Of a DNA stretch of 32,000 nt, positions 25,005 through 32,000 are shown one piece after another. Below the pieces are notes generated by a model. It did not search any database and had not been told where the DNA came from. It was given only the letters and a program-made list of their open reading frames with translations. A program made the translations under genes and the position numbers. The DNA is from Phycisphaera mikurensis NBRC 102666 (GTDB taxonomy: Bacteria; Planctomycetota; Phycisphaerae; Phycisphaerales; Phycisphaeraceae): NCBI RefSeq assembly GCF_000284115.1, contig NC_017080.1, positions 2,970,001-3,002,000 on the forward strand, in the 5' to 3' direction. Position 1 is the first letter of the stretch; each line of letters starts with the position of its first letter.

Positions 25005-25999
25005 GGGCTCTCCTCGACGAGGGGGAGGCCGGCTCCGCGGAGGGTGGCGATGGCTTCCTGGGCGGCGGCGGTGCCGGGGTGGTCGGCGATGAGGCGGCGG
25101 CGCATCGCGGCGGCGGCGACGCGGTCGCCGCGGCGCTCGTACCAGCGGGCGTTGGCGAGGCTGCGGCGGGCGAGCGAGGCGCGGATCCGTTGCTGGAGGG
25201 CCTCGGCGTTCAAGCGGCGGGCGGCGGCGGGATAGGCCTCCTGGTAGGCACGCAGCCGCTCACCCGCCTCCAGCAGGCCCGTGGCGTCGAAGTCGGGGCC
25301 CTTGAACTGGGCGAGCCCGGCCTGGATCTGGCGGAGCATCGCCCGCTGGCGGTGCCGCGTCCGCGGGAAGTTGCGGAGCAGGAGGTCGTAGGCGACCGCG
25401 GCCTGCGCCATCTCCTGCCGCCGGAAGTAGTGGTCGGCGAGGGTGACGGCGGCCTCCTCGGCGAGGTCGCCGCCGGGAGCGCGTTCCTGCACCCGCACGA
25501 GCAGCTCGGCGCCCTCACCCGAGAGCGGGAGGATCCGCAGGCCCAGCAGCTTCCGCTTCCAGCCGCCGACGAAGAGCTTGGCGATGGCGAGCTCGCGGGA
25601 GACCGCCTCGAGGTACGCGTCCGACCCGGGGTGCTCGCTGAGGAGCCGCTCGTAGTCGTAGAGGCTGTTCCAGAGGTCGTTGCGGCCGACGCGGGCGTCG
25701 CCGCGGGCGAGCAGCACGTCGGGCTCGGCGGCGTGGCCGGGGTTGGCTTCCAGCCAGGCGGTGGCTTCCTCCTGCGCCTCCTCGAAGCGGCCGGCCGCGA
25801 GCAGCCGGCGGAGGCGGAGAACGGCGGGGTCGAGCCGGGAAACCGACGCGGCGCCGGGTTCGGCCGCCGCCGCCGCCGGGGCCCAACCGCCCTCCCCGAG
25901 GCGGAAGGCGGCGGCGTCCTCCTGTGCCGCGGCCGGGAGGGCGAGCGCAGCGGCGAAGCCCAGCGAGAGGATCAGCTTGAGGAGGGGCGTGGCTCGCAT
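25001..25999 (-). CDS. secreted TPR-like protein, BamD/YfiO-like outer-membrane assembly factor candidate
   Basis: The signal peptide is MRATPLLKLILSLGFAAALALPAAAQ. Helical-repeat content includes RFEEAQEEATAWLEANPGH, DVLLARGDA, LADHYFRRQEMAQAAVAYDLLLRNFP and ANARWYERRGDRVAAAAMRRRLIADHPGT. There is no lipobox. The genomic context lies between lspA and the LptE-like gene. Confidence 0.4.
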   Translation of the reverse strand: MRATPLLKLILSLGFAAALALPAAAQEDAAAFRLGEGGWAPAAAAAEPGAASVSRLDPAVLRLRRLLAAGRFEEAQEEATAWLEANPGHAAEPDVLLARGDARVGRNDLWNSLYDYERLLSEHPGSDAYLEAVSRELAIAKLFVGGWKRKLLGLRILPLSGEGAELLVRVQERAPGGDLAEEAAVTLADHYFRRQEMAQAAVAYDLLLRNFPRTRHRQRAMLRQIQAGLAQFKGPDFDATGLLEAGERLRAYQEAYPAAARRLNAEALQQRIRASLARRSLANARWYERRGDRVAAAAMRRRLIADHPGTAAAQEAIATLRGAGLPLVEESP

Positions 26000-26018
26000 G
26001 GGCGGCCGGGCGAACTTA

Positions 26019-26732
26019 TCAAGCGTCGGCGGCGGGCCGGTTCGCCTCCGGCCCGCCGAAGAACAGCGAGTGGCAGAGGAGGATCGCGACGCCGGCGAGC
26101 AGCCAGACGTCGGCGAGGTTGAAGATCCACGGCCACACCTCCCGGGCCGCCCCGGTGCCGCCCATCCCCGGCCAGGCCAGCCCCAACGGCAGCTCGACGC
26201 CGGGCAGCATGTGGAGCAGATCGCGGACGGCCTGGAAGCGGACGCGGTCGTAGAGGTTGCCCAGGGCGCCGCCGAGCACGAGGGCCAGGCCGGCGTGGTG
26301 GACCCAGGCGGTGGGCGGGCTCGCGACGAACAGCCAGCCGATCACGACCATGGCGAGCACGCTGACCGCGACGAAGAGGAAGCGTCCGCCCGATCCGATG
26401 CCGAAGACCGCCCCGGTGTTGGTGGTGAGCCGGAAGTCGAGCAAGCCGGGGATCACGCGGCGGGCCGGCTGCGTGCGGAGCACCCCGGTGGGGTCGGGCC
26501 CGGCGATGACGAAGCGATCGAAGGCTGCGTCGCCGCGCGAGGCGTAGCGCTCGACCCGGGCCGCTTCGGCCTCGGCCTCGGTGGCGACCAGATCGATCGG
26601 GCGGTCGCCCACGTGCTCGAAGGCGAGCGTCTTGCTCGTGAGGTCCGCCGCCAGCAGCACCGCGACCGCGGCGAGGAAGCGGATCCACGCCCGCCGCCGC
26701 TTGATGTCTCTTGCGGGGGGAGCGGGGGGCAT
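26019..26732 (-). CDS. lspA: lipoprotein signal peptidase (signal peptidase II) with an extended first periplasmic loop
   Basis: LAADLTSKTLAF, LDFRLTTNTGAVFGIG (NxGAAFG block), LVLGGALGNLYDR and IFNLADVWLLAGVAILL (FNxAD block) are all present. Confidence 0.85.
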   Translation of the reverse strand: MPPAPPARDIKRRRAWIRFLAAVAVLLAADLTSKTLAFEHVGDRPIDLVATEAEAEAARVERYASRGDAAFDRFVIAGPDPTGVLRTQPARRVIPGLLDFRLTTNTGAVFGIGSGGRFLFVAVSVLAMVVIGWLFVASPPTAWVHHAGLALVLGGALGNLYDRVRFQAVRDLLHMLPGVELPLGLAWPGMGGTGAAREVWPWIFNLADVWLLAGVAILLCHSLFFGGPEANRPAADA

Positions 26733-27035
26733 CGGGCGGGTGAGGGTATCGAGGCGGGTGCTGTTGGTGCGGGTTCAGCGGGGTTGCGGGTCGACGAGCA
26801 GGGGCGTAGAGGGCAGGGGGAAGGCGGTCGGGAAGGGGTGATCCAGCCCGTTTGGTAAAGGCGCGCACATCGCGGATGCGGCGTGCCGGCTCGGTCCGGA
26901 GGCACGCGACCCGCATCGATGCGCGGTCTCTGCCACGGCCCGCCGACTCCCCCGCTGCTTCCTTGGACCGACTCCCTGCCCCTCCCCCCGAACCGCCTCC
27001 ACCGCCCATCGCCCCACATCGAACGCTTCAGCTTC

Positions 27036-28136
27036 CTAACGCCGCCGGTGCCCCCCGTACCCCGCCTCACGCTCCCGCCGCTGGATGGCCTCGATGCCGT
27101 AGCGAGCCCAGGGCTTGATCTCCAGCCGCGGGAGGCCGATCGGTGTGCAGGTGTCCAGGCAGACGCCGTAGGTGCCGTCGTCGATGCGGACCAGCGCGGC
27201 GTCGATGTCCTTCAGCAGCTTGCGGTCGGTCTCCTGCAGCATGAGGTTGAACTCGCGCTCGTAGTTCTCGCTGCCCACGTCGGCCATGTGCAGCGGCACG
27301 TGGCTGTCGCCGTCGTCGTGGCCCCGGGCGGCGTCGAGCCCGGCAACGTCGCCGACCAGCGCCCGCCGGTGCTCGAGCAGCTGCTCCCGGAACGCCATGA
27401 GCCGCTTCTTGGAGATGCCGGTCTTCACCTTTCGCAGCTGCTCGGGGGTGTGCTCGCTGGCGGCACGGTCGACCGAACCGGGGCGGGTGTCGTCCGAGGG
27501 AGCGGGCTTGGGCGCGTCGCCTGCCCGCGCCGAAGCGGCCCGGCGGCCGACGGGCACCTTGTACTTCTTGAGCTCCAACGCTTTCTTCCGCTTCACCGGC
27601 TTGGTGACGGCGGTCGGGTTGAACTTGCTGCTCTTGCGGCGGGGCGTGCCGTCGGCGGCCTCCTCGGCGGGTGGGGGAGGCTTGCGACGCTTCGCCTCGT
27701 TGATTTCCAGCGGGCGCCGGCGGGTGGGCTTCTTCTTCGTTCCGGGAGCGGCGGGGAGCGTGGCCTCCACCTTCGCGGGCGTCGCCTTCTTCACGGACGG
27801 CTTCTTCGCGGCCGGCTTCTTCGCGGCCGGCTTCTTCGCGGCCGGCTTCTTCGCGGCCGGCTTCTTCGTGGTCGGCTTCTTTGCGACCGGCTTCTTTGCA
27901 GGAGCCTCCTTCGCGGGAGCCTTCTTCGACGACTTCTTCGCCGGGGGCTTCTTCGCCGGGGTGTCGGCGGTCGACGCACGCCCGCCCGTGGCCCCCGCCT
28001 TGGCCGGCCCGGCCGGAGCTTTCTTCTTCGCGACGGCTTTCTTCACCGGCGGCTTCTTGGCCGCCGCCTTCTTCGCGGGCGGCTTCTTCGCCGCCGGCTT
28101 CTTCTTCTCACCGGCTTTGGAGGGCTTGCTCGCCAA
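27036..28136 (-). CDS. DksA/TraR-family protein with a long N-terminal histone-H1/AlgP-like Lys-Ala-Pro repeat domain
   Basis: A TTG start at 28136 has AGGAAG 7 nt upstream. Roughly aa 1-230 are K/A/P-rich (AKKPAAKKPAAKKPAAKKPAAKKPSVKK...). The C-terminus ...FREQLLEHRRALVGDV...HMADVGSENYEREFNLMLQETDRKLLKDIDAALVRIDDGTYGVCLDTCTPIGLPRLEIKPWARYGIEAIQ aligns without gaps to E. coli DksA (recalled sequence ...[68 protein letters not shown]). Confidence 0.75.
   Translation of the reverse strand: MASKPSKAGEKKKPAAKKPPAKKAAAKKPPVKKAVAKKKAPAGPAKAGATGGRASTADTPAKKPPAKKSSKKAPAKEAPAKKPVAKKPTTKKPAAKKPAAKKPAAKKPAAKKPSVKKATPAKVEATLPAAPGTKKKPTRRRPLEINEAKRRKPPPPAEEAADGTPRRKSSKFNPTAVTKPVKRKKALELKKYKVPVGRRAASARAGDAPKPAPSDDTRPGSVDRAASEHTPEQLRKVKTGISKKRLMAFREQLLEHRRALVGDVAGLDAARGHDDGDSHVPLHMADVGSENYEREFNLMLQETDRKLLKDIDAALVRIDDGTYGVCLDTCTPIGLPRLEIKPWARYGIEAIQRREREAGYGGHRRR
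27798..27902. repeat. in-frame 15-bp tandem repeat x7 encoding (KKPAA)n within the DksA-like gene
   Basis: CGGCTTCTTCGCGGC occurs four times exactly (27798-27857), followed by three diverged copies (CGGCTTCTTCGTGGT, CGGCTTCTTTGCGAC, CGGCTTCTTTGCAGG). Confidence 0.9.
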
Positions 28137-28310
28137 GAGGATCTTCCTGGCCGAGATGCCGGCCCTTGGGTGTATGGTCCGACTGCGAAAGCACTTACGA
28201 AAAATGCCGGCGGCCTCCGGGGCGGCAGCGTACCCGAAACGGCCGGCGGCAACGCTTGGGAGCCTCTCGCGAGCCTCCCCGGGTCGACCGGCGGGCCCGG
28301 GGGGCGTCGG

Positions 28311-28898
28311 TCAATCGCCGTGCAGCTGCCGCAGCCGGCCGGAGAGCCGAAGCAGCAGGTGGACACGCTCGAACTCGTCCACCCAGTCGGCCGTCTCCGC
28401 CGCGAGCTCGTCCGCGGGCACGGGAGCCCCGGGCAGCGGGCAGGTGGCGCCTTCGCCGAGCGTCTGCTCCGCCATGATGCGGTAGCGGGAGAGCAGCTTG
28501 TCGCCCGCCCAGCCGACGGGCTCGAAGTCCTCGGCGGCGAAGATCACCACCGGCACGCGGTTGCCGCCGTTGACGGTGACGCGCTCCTGCAGGTCCATGT
28601 GCTCGTCGCGATCGAGCCAGCGGACCTCGGCCCGGCCGCCGGCTTCGGCTCCCGCCGCGTCGGCGATCGCCTGGATCATGGGCCCCTGCCGCACGCAGTC
28701 GCCGCACCAGATGCCCGAGACGACGATCACGCTCATGTCTCGCTTGAAGGCTGCGAGCACGGACCTCTGCTGCTCGGTCAGCCCGATCCGGGCGCCGATC
28801 TGCCGCCAGCTCTCGGCTTGGGCGGGCTTGCCGGTGGCGAGGTAGTCCTCGTAGGAGAGGCCGGCTTCGAACTTGGTCCGCAGGAAGGTGGCGTTCAT
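28311..28898 (-). CDS. thioredoxin-fold family protein (WCGDC active-site motif)
   Basis: 195 aa. SVIVVSGIWCGDCVRQGPMIQ contains a CxxC in a thioredoxin-like beta-alpha context. NRVPVVIF matches the cis-Pro loop position. Confidence 0.75.
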   Translation of the reverse strand: MNATFLRTKFEAGLSYEDYLATGKPAQAESWRQIGARIGLTEQQRSVLAAFKRDMSVIVVSGIWCGDCVRQGPMIQAIADAAGAEAGGRAEVRWLDRDEHMDLQERVTVNGGNRVPVVIFAAEDFEPVGWAGDKLLSRYRIMAEQTLGEGATCPLPGAPVPADELAAETADWVDEFERVHLLLRLSGRLRQLHGD

Positions 28899-29001
28899 CC
28901 CGCCAAGCTAGGGATCCGGGGGGTGGCCGCGGCTCCGGCTCGGCGCTAGCGTGCGGGTCGTCTCCCCCACCCGGCCGGAAGGCCCCCACCCGAGCAACGC
29001 C

Positions 29002-29577
29002 ATGAAGACTCTCCTGCCCCGCAGCACGCCCGCCCTCTCGACCGCCGCCCTCGTCGGTGCTGCCCTCGGCCTCGCCACGACGGTGGGCGCGCAGACCGGC
29101 CGCGTCGTCACGCCGGCCGAGACCGTGGAAGCCGTGCAGGCCGACGGCCCCACCGCCGGCAACAACAGCGTGAACGTCGGCTCCGCGAGCCGCGGCGGCT
29201 CGGAGACGCCCGCCGCCGAGGAGCCGCAGGGCGAAGCCGGCGAGCTCGCGGTGCTCCGCGGCAAGGTGGCGGCGCTGGAAACCCGCGTCGCCCAGCTCGA
29301 GGAGGCCTTCCGGAAGATGGGCGGCACCGACAGCGGCCGGCTCGAGGGCTCCGAGTCGGGCATGCCCGAGGCCGACGCCCCGCCGACGGAGCAAGAGATC
29401 CAGCAGGCCCGCGAGCAGCGGCAAGCGGAAGCCGCCGAGACCGCGGACGCGCGCGAGGAGCTGCACGAGAAGCAGGACGAGCGGCGTGCCGAGGTCCAGG
29501 AGCAGATCCGCAACCGCATCAACAACGCCCGTCTCGACGACAACGACGGCGGCATCGTCACCCTGCCGGATCCCTGA
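29002..29577 (+). CDS. hypothetical secreted coiled-coil protein
   Basis: The signal peptide is MKTLLPRSTPALSTAALVGAALGLATTVGAQ. A heptad-like stretch GELAVLRGKVAALETRVAQLEEAFRKM follows, and the C-terminal half is acidic and Gln/Glu-rich. No family was recognised. G/C-ending codons are typical of this window. Confidence 0.5.
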   Translation: MKTLLPRSTPALSTAALVGAALGLATTVGAQTGRVVTPAETVEAVQADGPTAGNNSVNVGSASRGGSETPAAEEPQGEAGELAVLRGKVAALETRVAQLEEAFRKMGGTDSGRLEGSESGMPEADAPPTEQEIQQAREQRQAEAAETADAREELHEKQDERRAEVQEQIRNRINNARLDDNDGGIVTLPDP

Positions 29578-29595
29578 GGCTCGCACCCGACCCCG

Positions 29596-29641
29596 CCGCG
29601 GACCGTCGGAGATTGCGAGCCGCGGCGGCAACGGTCCGCGG
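29596..29641 (+). terminator. GC-rich hairpin (11-bp stem) 19 nt after the stop of the coiled-coil gene, with a competing alternative helix; terminator or attenuator-like element
   Basis: CCGCGGACCGT (29596-29606) pairs perfectly with ACGGTCCGCGG (29631-29641). Alternatively, CCGCCGCGG (29593-29601) pairs with CCGCGGCGG (29620-29628) inside the loop. No U-tract follows. Confidence 0.3.
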
Positions 29642-29760
29642 GAGCGGGTGATCACGCGAGAAAATTGCACGTTTCGCGGGCATGTCCCGGCGTGGGTGCT
29701 TAGGATGGTGGATTCCGCCGCGGCGTCGCCGCGGTTGCCCGCCCCCCAAGCCGCCCCTCC

Positions 29761-30633
29761 ATGACCCGAAACATCCGTGGTGCCCTGATCCAAGCCACCC
29801 TCTGCGAGGACGCCACGGCGCCCCCGGAGGCCATCAAGCGAGCGATGATCGACAAGCACGTCGGCCTCATCGCCGACGCGGCCGGGCAGGGTGCGCAGGT
29901 CTGCTGCCTGCAGGAGCTGTTCTACGGCCCCTACTTCTGCGCCGAGCAGGACCCGAAGTGGTACGGCCTGACCGAGCAGATCCCCGACGGGCCGACGACG
30001 CAGCTCATGTGCGAGCTGGCGAAGCAGCACAAGATGGTGCTGGTCGTGCCGATCTACGAGGAGGAGCTGCCCGGCGTCTACTACAACACCGCCGCGGTGA
30101 TCGACGCCGACGGGACCTACCTGGGCAAGTTCCGCAAGATCCACATCCCCCACTGCCAGCCGGGCTTCTTCGAGAAGTTCTACTTCCGGCCGGGGAACCT
30201 GGGCTACCCGGTGTTCGACACCGCGGTGGGCAAGGTGGGCGTCTACATCTGCTACGACCGCCACTTCCCCGACGGCGCCCGCTGCCTGGGGCTCAACGGG
30301 GCGGAGATCGTCTTCAACCCCAGCGCCACGGTCGCGGGCCTCTCCGAGTACCTGTGGAAGCTGGAGCAGCCGGCCCACGCGGTGGCGAACCAGTACTTCG
30401 TCGGCGCGATCAACCGCCCCGGCAACGAGGCCCCGTGGAACATCGGCGAGTTCTACGGCCAGAGCTACTTCTGCGACCCGCGGGGTCAGTTCATCGCCCA
30501 GACCGAGGAGCGAACCGCCGACGCCATCGTCATCGCCGACATGGACCTGGACCTCATCCGCGAGGTCCGCAACACCTGGCAGTTCTTCCGCGACCGGAGG
30601 CCGGAGACGTACGGCGCGTTGGTTGCGCCTTGA
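29761..30633 (+). CDS. carbon-nitrogen hydrolase (nitrilase superfamily), beta-ureidopropionase-like
   Basis: CLQELFYGPYFC carries the catalytic Glu block, FRKIHIP the Lys block and KVGVYICYDRHFPD the Cys block. FRPGNLGYPVFDT and LWKLEQPAHAVANQYFVGAINRPGNE resemble animal and bacterial beta-alanine synthase blocks (GNLGHPVFQT, LWPIEARNAAIANHCF..AINRVG, recalled from memory). Confidence 0.8.
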   Translation: MTRNIRGALIQATLCEDATAPPEAIKRAMIDKHVGLIADAAGQGAQVCCLQELFYGPYFCAEQDPKWYGLTEQIPDGPTTQLMCELAKQHKMVLVVPIYEEELPGVYYNTAAVIDADGTYLGKFRKIHIPHCQPGFFEKFYFRPGNLGYPVFDTAVGKVGVYICYDRHFPDGARCLGLNGAEIVFNPSATVAGLSEYLWKLEQPAHAVANQYFVGAINRPGNEAPWNIGEFYGQSYFCDPRGQFIAQTEERTADAIVIADMDLDLIREVRNTWQFFRDRRPETYGALVAP

Positions 30634-30648
30634 AGGTTGTGCGCGCAG

Positions 30649-30900
30649 CGCTTCGCTTGAACACAGAGGACGCAGAGGCACAGAGAGGAAGGCGAGCATG
30701 CCCTGCCTCCCCGCTTCGCCGGCCGATCGCAAAACCGCGGATCGTCGAGGAAAAGCCTTGAAAACGATCAGGATCCGCGGCTCCTCGCTCTCTGTGCCTC
30801 CTCGGTGGCCTCCTCGGAAGGAAGGCTGCTTCCGCCTCGAGGCGCAGCCATTCGGTCGCCACGGCGACCGCCTCCGTGACCTCTGTGATGGAGCGAAGCG
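30649..30900 (+). promoter_or_regulatory. ~250-nt nested inverted-repeat element (candidate structured 5' leader RNA or MITE-like insertion) upstream of the NCS2 permease
   Basis: The outer helix pairs CGCTTCGCT (30649-57) plus CACAGAGG (30662-69) with CCTCTGTG (30880-87) plus AGCGAAGCG (30892-900). The middle helix is a 13-bp perfect pair, GAGGCACAGAGAG (30675-87) with CTCTCTGTGCCTC (30788-800). The inner helix pairs CCGCGGATC (30735-43) with GATCCGCGG (30772-80). Extra local hairpins are GGTCGCC-AC-GGCGACC and CGCCTCGAGGCG. The region is visibly more A/T-rich than its flanks. Confidence 0.35.
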
Positions 30901-30922
30901 ACTGCTCGTCCACGGCTGACTC

Positions 30923-32000
30923 ATGACCACCCCCCGCACGATCCGCTACGGCCTCGACGACGTTCCTCCACCGGGAAGAACCGGGGTGTTCGCGCTGCAG
31001 CACGTGCTGACGATGTTCGGGTCGACGGTGGCGGTGCCGCTGCTGCTGGCCGGGCCGCTGGGGCTGGACACGGCGGGGACGGCTCTGCTCATCAGCAGCG
31101 TCATGCTCTGCTCGGGCGTGGCGACGCTGCTGCAGTCGACGTTCGGGTCGCGCCTGCCGCTGATCCAGGGCGTGAGCTTCTCGCACCTGGGGCCGTTCCT
31201 GGCGATCATCGCCGGCGTCGCGGCCACCGGCGACGCCTCGCCCGGCGCCGCGATGCCGTGGATCGCCGGGGCGATCATCGGCGGGGCGCTGGTGGAGATG
31301 GGCATCGGCTTCAGCGGGCTGATGGGCCAGGTCCGCAAGGTGCTCTCCCCGGTGGTCGTCGGTCCGGTCATCACGCTGATCGGCCTGGCGCTCTACCAGG
31401 CCGGCGCCCCCGTCGCGTCGCAGGACTGGCCGATCGCCGTGCTGACGATCGCGCTGATCGTGCTCTTCGCTTTCGTGCTCGCGCGGAAGACGCACCCGGC
31501 GGCGAGCCTCTTCGCGATGTTCCCGATGCTGCTGGCGATCCTCACCGCCGTGGCGGTGTGCGCGCTGCTGACCCTCGCCGGCGTCTACGGCTCGGATCAT
31601 CCCGCCCGGCCCGACCTCTCGGCCTTCCGCGAAGCGGATTGGGTGCGGACCACGACGCTGGTGCTGCCCTGGGGCGTGCCTCAGTTCTCGCTGGGCTTCT
31701 TCGTGGCGATCCTGGCCGGTTACCTCGGCTCGATGATCGAGAGCTTCGGCGACTACCACGCGGTGAAGCAGGCCAGCGGCGCCGGCAACCCGACGCCCAG
31801 GGAGATCAGCCGCGGCATCGGGTTCGAGGGCGTTGGCTGCGCGATCACGGGCCTGCTCGGCGGCTTCTCGTCCACGAGCTACAGCGAGAACGTCGGGCTG
31901 GTCGGGCTCACGGGCGTCGCCAGCCGGCGGGTCGTGCAGGTGGCGGCGGTGATCCTGGTCCTGCTGGGCGTCTTCGGCAAGTTCGGCGCCCTCGCCGCCG
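30923..32000 (+). CDS. NCS2-family nucleobase:cation symporter (uracil/xanthine permease-like), 3'-truncated by the right window edge
   Basis: Translation from ATG 30923 gives MTTPRTIRYGLDDVPPPGRTGVFALQHVLTMFGSTVAVPLLLAGPLG..., containing the QHxxxMFGxTVxVP block. Further blocks are ...LGSMIESFGDYHAV... and ...SENVGLVGLTGVASRRV.... The frame is open to nt 32000, so it is not in the ORF track. Confidence 0.87.
   Translation, partial: MTTPRTIRYGLDDVPPPGRTGVFALQHVLTMFGSTVAVPLLLAGPLGLDTAGTALLISSVMLCSGVATLLQSTFGSRLPLIQGVSFSHLGPFLAIIAGVAATGDASPGAAMPWIAGAIIGGALVEMGIGFSGLMGQVRKVLSPVVVGPVITLIGLALYQAGAPVASQDWPIAVLTIALIVLFAFVLARKTHPAASLFAMFPMLLAILTAVAVCALLTLAGVYGSDHPARPDLSAFREADWVRTTTLVLPWGVPQFSLGFFVAILAGYLGSMIESFGDYHAVKQASGAGNPTPREISRGIGFEGVGCAITGLLGGFSSTSYSENVGLVGLTGVASRRVVQVAAVILVLLGVFGKFGALAA

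Noticed and set aside
30698-30919. 73-codon ORF (MPCLPASPADRKTADRRGKAL...) with a GGAAGG upstream and a stop 3 nt before the permease ATG, as a real gene
   Set aside because: About 30 % of its codons end in A/T, against about 10-15 % in confident genes here. The product is Arg-rich with no recognisable fold. The region is better explained by nested inverted repeats. It is kept only as an alternative hypothesis within the leader finding.
26883-30939. ORFs 26883..28949 + (688 aa) and 28195..30939 - (914 aa)
   Set aside because: They are antisense shadows of the DksA-like, thioredoxin-like, coiled-coil and nitrilase-family genes. The poly-(LLRGR) stretch in the first is simply the reverse reading of the KKPAA repeat.

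Overview
Very GC-rich bacterial chromosomal segment (roughly 70-75 % G+C by eye) that is densely coding. I can support 26 protein-coding genes, two of them cut by the window edges. I see no rRNA or tRNA genes, no CRISPR array, and no transposase, integrase or phage genes. Most of the content is housekeeping or envelope-related: zwf, mnmG, an isolated murF-mraY pair, lspA with BamD-like and LptE-like genes, several enzymes (MBL hydrolase, epimerase, SDR, esterase, thioredoxin-like), a pair of Opp/Dpp-type ABC permeases, and a beta-ureidopropionase-like gene with an NCS2 nucleobase permease. The composition, a PEP-CTERM protein, the diderm envelope genes, the fragmented dcw cluster and a histone-H1-like tail suggest Planctomycetota (Phycisphaerae-like); this is inference only. 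Because of the GC content, the supplied six-frame track contains many very long Arg/Gly/Pro/Ala-rich shadow ORFs, which I rejected. Several real genes also start well inside their track ORF, and some use GTG or TTG. The least ordinary observations are these. (1) A 106-bp x 7 tandem array with two near-invariant 17-bp perfect palindromes per unit, abutting the mnmG stop codon and lying upstream of an orphan sigma-region-4 mini-ORF. (2) A 100-bp tandem array in which each unit re-copies the last 37 nt, including the stop codon, of a PilZ-like gene; it fills the spacer between two PilZ-like paralogues. (3) A co-directional cluster encoding a fused circularly permuted ATP-grasp/alpha-E protein, a transglutaminase and a SurA-like lipoprotein, preceded by two orphan, insertion-bearing peptide permeases and followed by a flavoprotein/NapH-like polyferredoxin membrane fusion. 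(4) A DksA-like protein carrying a ~230-aa histone-H1/AlgP-like KKPAA-repeat N-terminus. (5) A ~250-nt lower-GC nested inverted-repeat element directly upstream of the nucleobase permease. All functional calls rest on motifs recognised by eye and no database search was run.
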